A stretch of DNA of 64,000 nucleotides, taken from the NCBI RefSeq assembly GCF_006345805.1, contig NC_043007.1:55366001-55430000 (forward strand), given 5' to 3'. Below are positions 21,946 to 34,359 of this stretch, piece by piece. The notes below the pieces were generated by a model. That model did not search any database, was not told where the DNA came from, and was given only the letters and a program-made list of their open reading frames with translations. The first letter of the stretch is position 1. Each line of letters starts with the position of its first letter. Position numbers and translations under genes: made by a program. Origin of the DNA: Octopus sinensis (taxonomy: Eukaryota).

Positions 21946-22002
<57 letters not shown>

Positions 22003-22414
22003 CTTATTACTCATTATATATTGTTTAATCATTTTTGTACTTTTTGTGATCTATTATATTTTTTAAATATATTTTATTTGTTATTTGTTATTTATGATTT
22101 GGTTTATGTCAATCATTGCTTGAATTGCATAATAGTGTTTTTTTTCTCCAATTTGTGTATATATATATATTTATGTATGTATATATATGTGTATGTGTAT
22201 ATATGTATATATGTATGAACTTATATATATATATATATGTATATATATATACTGAATCTTAACACAGTGAAGCTTTTCAAAATTGTCACGAGGCCAATGA
22301 AATGAAGGAAAGCTGTTCAGCTCACAATATATACAACTTCCAGTGGAATCTGACAGCATAATTAACCTTAAACGTTTTGCATTCATGCATTTTCACATAA
22401 TTTCACAATGTATT

Positions 22415-23660
22415 CTTCCATAGTACATACCTTATGTTGACACATATACGTCAGACTGAACGCTGTTTTATCTCCAGAGTGAATATTGTAAATGATGTTT
22501 AAGTACTAAACAGTTCTTTGGCTTTTGCATTTGACGACTGTTGCTTTACATATCTTATTTCGATTTTCATGGAGTGGTGGTAAGTAACATTAGTTTCGAA
22601 TAAAAATATAAATGGAAGTTTTAATCACCCGATGGACAAGCAAACAGAAACTGCTACTCAATAAAAGCACAAAAATCCTTAGGGAAGTATCTATTCTCTC
22701 AAAAACTGGCACAAAATGAGTTGAAACTCGAAGGTGAAATAATACAATGTGCAATAAAGTAACATAAGGCATTTTCTTTACAAATCAATTTTATCTCAAA
22801 AATTGAACAATACCACTTATTTTTAAAGTTGGATGAGAAACGTTAGGCAAAGTTTCAGATGTAACCTCGCAAATTTTTCACGTTTATAAGCAATCAATAA
22901 GTCTTATCTACTTTCAATTGAATTTTGTTGAGAATATCTTCAGAAAATTGAGTAATCACCAGTTATTTATTTGCTTTATTTTCACTGTTTTGCTCACTTA
23001 AAGTAACTGCCTTTTCTTCGTAGTTTTTCATGTCGGGTGGTTTATTGCACGAAAAACAGCCGTAAGAACACATTTGACCGCGAATGCACGTGGTTGATTA
23101 CAGTTAATTTAAAGTTAGAGTGATATCGATTTTTTTAGCCACTTACAAACGTGTGAAAACGCAGAAATGAATACAGTTGTTCGTGGTCTAATATTTAAAT
23201 CAAAATGAGACTGTATTTACAAATAGCAAGCTTTGTTTACATATACCTGTCATTTAATGTGAAAACGTAGAAAGGAATCGTTTAGAACGTCGGTTAATGA
23301 ACAGGATGGCGGAAGAAACAGGACAAAAGTAATGTAAACAGTTCGGTTGGCAGGAAGGCAATCTATATGAACCTCCGTGTGAAATTGATGTGAATTAGGA
23401 TAAGCACAATGCGCTCTCCCATAGTACATACCCCATGTCGACACCTATACGTCAGACTGAATGCTGTTTTATCTCCAAAGGGAATATTGCAAGTGATATT
23501 CAAATAATTAACAGTTCTTTGGCTTTTGCATTTGAAGACTGTTGCTTTAAGTATTTTATTTCGATTTTCACTGACGTAGTGGTAAGAACTACGGGATACG
23601 TAACAATAGTTTCCGATAAAAATATAAATGGAAGTTTTAATAATCCGATGGACAGGTCAT
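22415..23660. repeat. Diverged direct duplication of ~230 bp (22415-22640 and 23415-23660)
   Basis: ccatagtacatacc..atgt.gacac.tatacgtcagactgaa.gctgttttatctcca, aacagttctttggcttttgcatttga.gactgttgcttta and taaaaatataaatggaagttttaat..ccgatggaca are shared. Confidence 0.9.
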
Positions 23661-24956
23661 AAGGATTACAAAATTAGTGATTCTCACTTTGAAACTGACA
23701 ATTTTGAAAATCTTTTTAGATTACGGAACGGGATGATTCTGATATTGATAGTCTTTGCATTGAGGTGGTGGCAGAGTCAGAGTAAATAATAAGAGCCCAG
23801 TTAACACAAGATTCTTAAATTTCGGAGATCATAAGATAGAGGGCAAGAAGTTAAAAGTTCCAATACTGGCCCAATTCCTACACCCCAGATTCTTCAACTA
23901 TTTTATAAGAAAGGGGTTAATGGCAGGATAGGGATTCAGCTTAAAAATAAATTGTATAACAAAAAATACATAAATAAATTACTGCTCCAACGATGTAATT
24001 TTAGTATGTGTGTGTGTATGTATGTATGTATGTATGTATGTATGTATGTATGTATGTATGTATATATGTGTGTGTGTGTGTATGTATGGATCAAAACAGT
24101 TTGATTCAAATTCTGTGGTACTTATATATTCATACATACATATACATGTAGATGTATATAACATATATATATATATTGTATGTAAACATCTTTTATATAT
24201 ATATAATGTATGCATCTATAATACACACACATTATAAATATATACACATATATGCATATGCATTAGAATATGTGTGTATAGGTGTATATATATATATATA
24301 TATATGCATATGTTTGTATACATGTGTGTGTAGCTATTTAGGATCTACACAAATTTTATATATACTCCACGAAGTTTGAAAGTGTTTAGTTAGAAAAAAT
24401 TATTTTTTAAATCTGTAAGTCAAAAGGTAAAGATCCGGTATTTAAAATTTTTGTTGCATTTCTAATCTTTCTGATGTCTAAGGATGGATATTTATGCGTA
24501 TGAATCTTTTTCTTTTTATTTTGTTTCAAATATAATTCTAGGGAACTGAAAAAGCTGTGTACGATGCCAAGCGAATTTAGCTGTTTACGATAAGCGGATG
24601 TTTACGTTTTAGCTATTTAATGTTTACGTTAAGTACGTCACAAAATAGCTGTTTACGTCACGGTAACACTATTTTGAGAGGCAGTAAATGATATGAGGTC
24701 GAAACAAAGAATACCATTGGTTAAAATTCGAATTATTAAACAACATTAAACTTATAAATTACAATTCCGTTTTCATTTTGGTTTACAATTATGTTTTCGT
24801 TTGACACATTCTACCAGTATACGAAGTTTCAAATTGTTTAGTTAACTAGAAAAATCTGGCCTTCTTTTAGAAAAGATCCCATATGTATATATATATATAT
24901 TACGGAGATGTACTCGCATAGCAAGTAATTTGATCTGAGATCGTGTGCTGAAACGA

Positions 24957-25399
<443 letters not shown>

Positions 25400-27199
25400 C
25401 ACACATTCACACTCCCGCATACACGCATATACAGGTTAACATAGATTAGATAATTGTTTTCCATTGTTCTTCGATGTGCATTCAGCTTTCGAATAGGTAT
25501 AATTACGAACCCTCAGAGAACGTTAGCGGTCAGTATTTTTCGCTTCCACACACTGAACGTCTGTTGCTTTCTAGCAAGCAGCTTTTCCAAAACAGACACA
25601 CATCTATGGATGCGCGAGCTATCATTGTTAGTCTCCTTGTACCACTGTTAAGCAGCCGACTACAACAATTTTTTTATTGACCATACGTGGAATTTAGAAG
25701 AAAATAAAAACTGTAAGCAGTATTTTTTTCTCCATGCTGTTTAATTACACTGTCTCACAAAGTTTGAGCATATTTAACCGTAGAATAGTCTGTTACATTT
25801 TTGGTGACTCCTGAATAAAGACCTGCACGCCTCCTGAACCAATTGCAATAAATTGTTACACTCTATTACCAGTTGCAATATATCCTTACATTCCACTTAA
25901 GTGAATTACAGCCTTCCTTAAAGATTGGAGTCTTCTCGTCAAATACCGTTCCCCGGGACCAACAACTTAAACTGTAAGCACAATAGTAAATACAGAAAAT
26001 AACCTCTGTCTACATTTTACTCGCTGAATCTATGGAAGCCCGGAAGGTCAACATTTTCGAAATCAACCACAAAGAACTACATTACACAAATCTACGGAAG
26101 CCCACAAGTGCAACTTTTTCGATGGCCACACATTTTCTCACGTGTCACGAAGTTAAAAAAAAAATCCTGCCTTATCAACGAACTTTTGTGCATTTATAGA
26201 CAATTATAGACTCTCAAGAACTTTGCATACACTTTCTTACTTACATTTCTGCACCTGAGTTTTAGCAAAGGACACACCTCCCAATCAAGTTAGTTATTTA
26301 ATATTTCTTTTCTTTGTTTAAACTGTTTCGTACTATTTACTATGCTGTCTACACTGCGAACTTTTATTCGTTTACCTGTTACTACGTTTATAAATCACAG
26401 CATAATTATATTTCAATTTTATGTCGCGATGACGAATTCTACGAAGACACCAAATTTATGCGCATCAATATTCTTATAATGCATTTTTTAAACCTGATGT
26501 GAATAAGTTGACCTCTTGATTTTTCTCAGGTCGTGGAAGGGTTAAGACATAATACTAGAAAAATCTATTGCTTTAGATCAACAATATAAATACACACGCA
26601 AATAGCTATCTTCCTCTTTGGTTCCTGCCTCTGATCATTGAGCACTTCGGTAGCGATGTAAAGGAAAGAGACAACACCCTGCTTATATATTCCCTCTTTC
26701 GTAAATACGACACCAAACCAAGAGCATCGACCGGTCCCTAGTCAAAGAGTGACACTCGGTAATAGAATTACCATTCTCTGTAGTTATAATGATAGTGATA
26801 AAACTAAACCACTAACATACACACTGAACCATGGATTCACAGAGCATATCTTACAGTACCAAACAAATAACTTGTGTACTCGCAACGACGGGACGACGTC
26901 GTCAATTTTATATTGTAACGATTAATATTATAACCTACTTAATAAGTGACCATTTTAATAATTAATCAAATGTTGTTCCTTAATAATTTTCCCGCTGCAT
27001 TTGACATTAAAACCATCATCATGGTTACAAATATATTCCTCTACCATTGACTCACTCTCTACTAACATTGTTGTTGTTTCCTTTTATTCTGTTGTTGGAG
27101 ATATTGATGTTTTACATGGTTCGCACACAAGTAATGAGTCTGTAATTCTTTGGGTTTTGTGTCTTCTCTGTTGTCTCTGTTGGGTTCTGTGTCTCCTCT

Positions 27200-28400
27200 T
27201 GCAAATCAGATTATTTCTCTAGCTCATTTTTGCAGCTATGAACCCATGCGAAAATTTCGTGAATGCCGAGCAGATTCTTCATCCAGATGTTGGCCATTCC
27301 ATCCACCCCCGGATACTTTCAGTTGTTAGTCTTGTTGAAGATGGTAGTGGTCTCGGTGGTTTGACTATCTCTATGTGTTTATGTTGGTCCTGTTGTGGAA
27401 TCTATATAACCCCTTTGTCCTGTTCTTCAGAATTCCCTAGATATCTTGTTTTTCCTGAAGAACTCCACTCGTCGAACCTTCTGACTTTCTCTGTCTTCAC
27501 TTTAATCTGTTGCCTCATTGTATTTTTACCTATTGGCATACAATCCTTTTGTTAGATGTTGAGCTTTCGTTCCATTCCTATTTTTCTCTTTAAATATGGA
27601 CTTTCCTTTAAATGTTTTAGCATATCATTTCTTTAGCAACACTTGATCCTCCGTGTTTGATGTTATACTTTCTTTGAAGCTTGTCTTTAAACTTTTCCTA
27701 ACAGAATTCTTTTCAATTGTAGTAATTACCCATCCACTATCTTTATTGAGCTGCTTAACTGAAGTCTTAAGTATTTTACCACCATATGTCTTTGACTAAT
27801 TTTCCTGCTCTACACAGTATATGAGATCATTTACGTCTGTCATATTCTCAACTTTGATATTTGTTAATAGTTTATCCGGTTTCCTTCCGTAGCTTTTCAC
27901 TTTTAATTCCTTTCAAAGCTGGTAATCTCGTTCTATCTATATTTCTTTTCATTGAAACGTAAAAGTAAGCTACTTTCCTGTTTTATATCTTTTCTCTCTT
28001 CGAAATAAAACTTACTAATTCTTTTCTCTTGATGATTCATTGATCTTTCTGCCGTTTCTTGTTAAATTTCTTTTCGTATATAACCATATTCTTCATCTTC
28101 GACTGCTCTGATGATCTCTTATATATCAAACTAAGTTAGCCATTGTTTTATCATGATTTCATTTTCCACTCATGAAGTTTTTATTCTCTGACTGGTAATA
28201 AGTTTTTCTATCCTTGTCTCACGCATTCGTTTTCAGTATCGCATTCCTAGACAATTCTGTTCTCGGTTTGAAATCGCTTCTTTGAGATGCGATCCTAGTT
28301 ATGCTTTCCCTAAGAAGGTTCATCAGTGATAGTGAAGCCCAGTACTTGAAGCGACTATGAGGTTTCTAGTATAGTGTTGCTCATATTTAGCGGTGTGTAG
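27200..28400 (-). pseudogene. Old R4/Dong-like RLE LINE N-terminal region
   Basis: Minus-strand pieces RIASQRSDF, KVRRFDE and NN*KYPGVDGMANIWMKNL..IHE parallel QRIRRYE and NWKAPGHDKIPNFWLKYL..MHK of the copies at 30 and 34 kb. Confidence 0.6.
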
Positions 28401-28479
28401 TTTGGCTCAATTTTCTTGACATATGTAGTACGTGAAGGTTTTTTTGCTGTTAAAAGAGAGGAGACTGGCGTGGGTCCAC

Positions 28480-28850
28480 TAGAAAATGCTCTCCAGTTCT
28501 TTATGGTTGGAATTAGGGCAGTTTTGGCGCATAGTGTCTAGCTTACGTGTGGTTGATGCATGGTTGGGGGTAGTTAGCAAGTGATGACAGTACCTATAAG
28601 AATGGGTATTGTTGAAACTAAGTAGGTCGTTGATGTATAAAGAAGAGAATAGGGGACAAAATCAAACTGTGGAGCACTAAAAGATGATTGAGAGCGCAGT
28701 ACAGAAAGCACCATAAATGCGTGCCATGATCGGAAACTACCGATCCAAGACATAAGAGATGGGTGGAGCCCGTAAGCAGGCAATTTGTTTAAGAGGTTTG
28801 TATATCAGACACGGTCGAAGGTAACTGATGTCTAGACCTTTGCCGTTAAG
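28480..28850 (-). pseudogene. Old APE-type (Jockey/CR1-like) LINE RT fragment
   Basis: LDISYLRPC (from LDISKAFDRV), LLNKLPAYGLHPSLMSWIGSF and LYINDLL motifs. Confidence 0.65.
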
Positions 28851-29079
28851 AAATTTCTCTAAAGTGACAGCCCATTCCTAAGTGTAATTGATATGCTAAT
28901 CTCAAGGATCTTTAAATTAATGTTAGAGAGATAGTGAAAATGTGTGTCAAAGATAAATAGATAGGTAGCGTTGTCATCATAGTAACTAACTAGACTTTCA
29001 CTATATAATAGCCTATTATCAAAAGAAGGTACACTCATTAACAAATATTTTTACCGGCAAGGTAGCAGCGGATAATGAC

Positions 29080-29080
29080 C

Positions 29081-29127
<47 letters not shown>

Positions 29128-29142
29128 ATAATAATAATAATG

Positions 29143-29200
<58 letters not shown>
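29080..29200. repeat. (AGT)n(AAT)n compound microsatellite
   Basis: Directly visible. Confidence 0.97.
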
Positions 29201-29203
<3 letters not shown>

Positions 29204-29732
29204 TGGCTTCTGATCTTAACTGATTGGAAGCGTTATGTACATGTTTTGTCCTTGTATAAAACGATGGGCTACAGCAAATATTCTGCTCAGTACCACAGAG
29301 TTGCTTGTCAGTCGTTTGACCATAACCATTTGGGTATGTTCCTTAGTTGTTGACAATATGTGCACCTCTGATCACGAGCAGGAGTAGTGGGAGAGCATCA
29401 TAGCCATGTGTTGAAAGAAATTCTTTGGCGCTTGAAAAATTCACCTCTGAAAACATGGGTGCTTCATTCAACATCCTAAAAAAATTCTCATTCAAGGACC
29501 ATTTGAGCGGGATGGGCTACTCAACCTGAAGAAAATTCTAACTGGGCATTCACCTGCAAGGTCATGCACTGTTTTTCTTGATATAAGGTCACCATGTCGT
29601 TCACAAGCATCACATATGTAATGCATGTGCCCGGCGTACCCTTATCAGACGAGACGGGTAGTTATGAGGGATATATTGGGCTTCGTATATTTCTACCCCA
29701 CTGTTACTTTGATGGCCTCATTGCTCTCTCTC
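29201..29732. mobile_element. Unclassified ~530-bp non-coding dispersed repeat (copy A), flanked by (AAT)n on both sides
   Basis: Collinear with 33155-33707: cttctgatcttaa.tgattg, aaatattctgctca.taccacaga, cacctgcaaggtcatgcactgttt, tacccttatcagac, ctctctc-aataat. Confidence 0.8.
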
Positions 29733-29801
<69 letters not shown>

Positions 29802-32800
29802 CCATTCTTCAGATATTCTTAGATGGGGCCGCTGCTATAATCGGTTTAGGAGAGCCTAATGATTATGATACAATAAAAAGTAGAATAATCAAAGAACTGA
29901 AAACCACAGATCTCAAGATGGACCTCCGACCATACCTCCCAAAAATCAAAATAGACAAAAAAACAACATCAATTATAAATAGCATAAACCTAGCCGCCAC
30001 GGAAATAATAGCCACTGAGACAAATAGCAATATCACTGAGCTAAATGACTTAGTATATGCAGCAGCCACTGCAGCCACAAAAGAAGCTGGATACTCCTCC
30101 CTCAAACCCATTCAAACAGGAGTACCACCACCCAAACAAACCCTGTGGATCCAAAAAAATACAAAAAATGAGAAAAGATCTGTCGATTCTTAACGAAATA
30201 AGTAGACAATCAACGCTACTAAGCAACAAAAAGAAAACAAAAATACTGTGCAAATACAACATCACAGACAAAGATTTACTTGAGATAAAAGAAAAGCTAA
30301 AGCAAGATATCCTTGCCAAAGCACAAAGGATCCGCCGGTATGAGAAACGCCAACGTTTCTTTGAAAAAAAACAAACTGTTCAACTCCAACCCCAAAAAGT
30401 TCTACCAAGAACTTGGCAAAAATAAAATAGACATCACTGCAGCACCAACGGCAGAAGAAGTGGAAGAATTCTGGAAAGAAATATGGTTGGCGAATGAACA
30501 ACCAAAAAAAAAAGGGGGTATTAAAACCAGAAACTTAGCATCTGAGCAACTTTGGACCACCATAACAACTGAAGAGGTCACCCAGGCACTGCAAAGACTA
30601 AGCAACTGGAAGGCATCTGGGCATGACAAGCTCCCTAACTTCTGGTTGAAATATCTGACAGGAATGCACAAAAACCTGGCTGAAAACTTTAACAACTTAC
30701 TGGCAGAGCCAGAGACAATGCCTGAATGGCTCACGAAGGGGAAAACCATCTTAATTCCCAAATCAATTGAGACAGCAAAACCAGAAAACTACAGACCTGT
30801 AACCTGTCTCCCTACAATGTACAAGGCATTTACTGCAGTAATATCACAAAGATTGAACAAGCACCTGGACGAAAACAACCTGTTTCCAAAAGAGCAGAAA
30901 GGATGCCACAAAGGCTCATATGGCTGTAAAGATCAAATAATGATCAATAAAGCCATAACTGAAGACAGCCACAGAAAGAAGAAAGGCCTCAGTATGGCCT
31001 GGATTGACTACAGAAAGGCGTTTGATAGCATCCCCCACACATGGATCCTCGAAACAGTAGCCATTAACAAAGTAGCACCAACAATTATAAAATACATAGG
31101 ACACTCTATGAATAAATGGCAGACAGTGCTACAGCTCCAAACAAAAGACGGACTCGTGAAAACCAAAGCCATCCCCATTAGAAGAGGAATATTCCAGGGA
31201 GATACGCTGTCTCCACTCCTTTTCTACTTGGCACTATCACCTCTAACTGATATACTAAATAGAACTGGATGCGGATATAAATGTTACGGCAAAACGATCA
31301 GCCACCTTTTATATATGGATGACCTAAAACCATACGCTACAAATGACAAACAGCTGGAAACACTACTAAAGACAGTTCATGGATTTACCAAAGAAATAGA
31401 TATGAAATTTGGATTAGAAAAATGCGCCAAAGTAACCATGAAAAGAGGAAAACTAGTTAAGAGTAGCAACATCCCACTTGATAAAACCAATGAAATAAGA
31501 GAATTAGACCAAAGCCAAACTTACAAATACTTAGGAATCCATGAACTAGATAAGACACAACACACACAAATGAAAGAGAAGATAAAAAAAGAATATTATA
31601 GACGAGTTAGATCAATACTAAAAACAGAGCTCAATGCTAAAAACAAGATAATAGGTATTAACCCTTTCGCCGTCCCAGTTATAAGTTACAGCTACAATAT
31701 CCTGAACTGGACACTAAATGAATTGACCAAAATAGATAGGGAAACAAGAAAAGTAATTACAGGATCTAGGATGCATCACCCAAAATCTGACATAGAAAGG
31801 CTATATATACAACTTATATAAGGTGGTAGAGGCCTTATACAGCTGGAAATCTACTAAAAATAACCACCATAGGACTGCAAAAATATCTACTTCAGAAGGA
31901 AGGAAAACTGATCCAGATAGCGGCAAAACGAGCAAAACAAAAAACTGTTCTCAGTATTTAAGGAAGCTGACAAATACAAACGAGAAATCACACGACCTAA
32001 CAAATATGAAGAAGAAGAAAATGAAGAAACAATAAAAGCTATAAAACAAATGAAATCCAAACTAAAACTAGAACAGCAACGGACCATGATAAAGCGATGG
32101 CAAGAAAAACCCCTTCATGGCAAATACTGGACTAAACTAAATGCAAAAGAAATAGACAAAGAAAAATCCCAGCAATGGTTGAGAAGCACAGGACTCAAAG
32201 CAGAGACAGGGGGATTTTTAATTGCAGCACAAGACCAAAGCCTCCGCACCAGAAATTACCAAAAACATGTAATGAAAAGAAATATAAGTAACTGCAGAAT
32301 ATGTGGAAATGGACAAGAAACAATAAATCATATTTTCTCTGGCTGCCCAGTCCTGGCCAAGAAGGAACATATCCACAGACACGTTGGGACCTACATACAC
32401 TGGAAGCTATGCCAACATTATGGAATAACAACAGAAAAAAGATGGTATAGGCACACACCAGAAAAGGTCACAGAAAACGAGAAAGCAACCATACTCTGGG
32501 ATATGCCGATACACACAGATAGAGAAATTAAGGACAACAGACCAGATAGAGTTGTCAGAGATCATGAAGAAAAAATGCTTTCTAATTGATGAATCAATAC
32601 CAGCAGATGACAACGTGTCTCTAAAAGAAATGGAGAAACTTTCAAAATACAAAGACCTGGAAATAGAGGTAACTACAATGTGGAATCTAAGAACAGAAAC
32701 AATTCCTATCATAGTAGGTGCATTAGGCATGATAAAAAAATATTCAGACAAATACATAACAAAAACACCAGGACTTTCAAACACATATAACATACAGAAA

Positions 32801-32948
32801 ATTGCACTACTAGGCACTGCACACATCCTACGCAGAACACTTTCCATACAATAACCATCAGAGAATCACAACAAATCACAGCACATACCCAAGGCACACA
32901 GAGTTGCGCTCGGTAGTGAAGTGAAAGCACGCTATAAAAATAAAACTA
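29802..32948 (+). mobile_element. R4/Dong-clade RLE non-LTR retrotransposon, copy A (5'-truncated, a few frameshifts, intact 3' end) inside (AAT)n
   Basis: RT motifs NWKASGHD, YRPVTCL, EQKGC, WIDYRKAFDSIPH, GIFQGDTLSPLLF, YMDD, YKYLG; CRICG...H...C zinc finger; RPD/EK..KY RLE motif. The 3' UTR ends ...gtgaaagcacgctataaaaataaaacta and is followed by triplet repeats. Confidence 0.92.
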
Positions 32949-33154
<206 letters not shown>

Positions 33155-33707
33155 TGCTTGTCAGTTGTTTGAAATGCCCTGACGCAATATCAGGCAGTGG
33201 CTCTCAAGACTTCTGATCTTAAATGATTGAAAGTGTTATTATGTACATGCTTTGTCTTGGTGTAAAAGATGCGCTACATCAAATATTCTGCTCAATACCA
33301 CAGATTTGCTTGTCAATTGTTTGACCATAACCAGTTAAGTATGTCCTTTGGTGGCTGACAATAGGTGCATCTTTGATCACGAGCAGAGGTAGTTGGGGAG
33401 TACCATAGCTATGTGTGGAGAGGAATTCTTTGGCGTTTGAATAATTCATCTCTGGAAACATGGGTGTTTCCTGTAACATCCTTAATAAACCCTTATTCAA
33501 GGACCTTTTGAGTAGGATGTGCTACTCGACCTGAAGAAAATTCCAACTGGGACCCCACCTGCAAGGTCATGCACTGTTTATCTTGATATGAGATTACCAT
33601 GCTGCGCACATATGGTTGTGATACATGTGCCTGGTGTACCCTTATCAGACAGGTAGTCATGATGGGTATATTGGGATTGATTACATGCACTGCTCTCTCT
33701 CTCCCTC
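33155..33707. mobile_element. Unclassified non-coding dispersed repeat (copy B), flanked by (AAT)n
   Basis: Collinear with 29201-29732. Confidence 0.8.
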
Positions 33708-33784
<77 letters not shown>

Positions 33785-33793
33785 TATTAATAA

Positions 33794-33992
33794 TTCTTTC
33801 TACTATAGGCACAGGGCATGAAATTTAGGGTATTAGATCGACTCAGTATACAACTGGTACTTAATTTATCGACTTCGAAATGATGAACGGCACAATCAAC
33901 ATCGGTGGAATTTGAACTCAGAACGTAGCGACGAGCAAAATACCGCTAAGCAATTCCTCCAACATGCTAACGATTCTACAAGTTCGCCGCCT

Positions 33993-33993
<1 letters not shown>
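33794..33993 (-). mobile_element. tRNA-derived SINE with Nin-like central domain
   Basis: Minus strand aaggcggcgaact.gtagaatcgttagca...gttctgagttcaaattcc (B box)...cgataaattaagtaccagttg...gtcgatcta. The family recurs at 37205-37400, 40171-40350, 40730-40893, 40927-41108, 41583-41780, 51855-52068 and 52493-52620. Confidence 0.8.
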
Positions 33994-34056
<63 letters not shown>

Positions 34057-34062
34057 GATGGA

Positions 34063-34293
34063 AATAACAAGAAGAGTGCGATTGTTATCGGATGAACAAT
34101 ATTTCGACATCTCGTGTGTCTTCCACAAGTTCAAAATAAACATCTCAATCTACTTCCTTTTGGTAATATTTAAAGGATTGATGTTACTCCTCCACAAGTA
34201 AAGAAACGAGATGTCGAAATATCGTTCATTTAATAACAGTTGCACTCTTCTTATTGTTTCTTTACTTTCTGGAGGAGTAACATCAATCCTTTA
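34063..34293. mobile_element. Hammerhead-bearing PLE pLTR/retrozyme-like unit (~142 bp) plus an inverted, permuted partial copy
   Basis: Segments are ordered A-x-B-A'-B' (A 34066-34116 vs A' 34205-34257; B 34171-34207 vs B' 34256-34293). Minus strand 34094-34132 reads gaac-TTGTGGAA-GAC-9nt-GTC-GAAATATT-gttc. Confidence 0.6.
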
Positions 34294-34299
34294 AATATA

Positions 34300-34356
<57 letters not shown>

Positions 34357-34359
<3 letters not shown>

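Noticed and set aside
28295-28335. CTGATGA...GAAA on the minus strand as a hammerhead
   Set aside because: Stem II is only 3 bp, stem I does not pair next to the core, and it lies in LINE coding sequence; likely chance.
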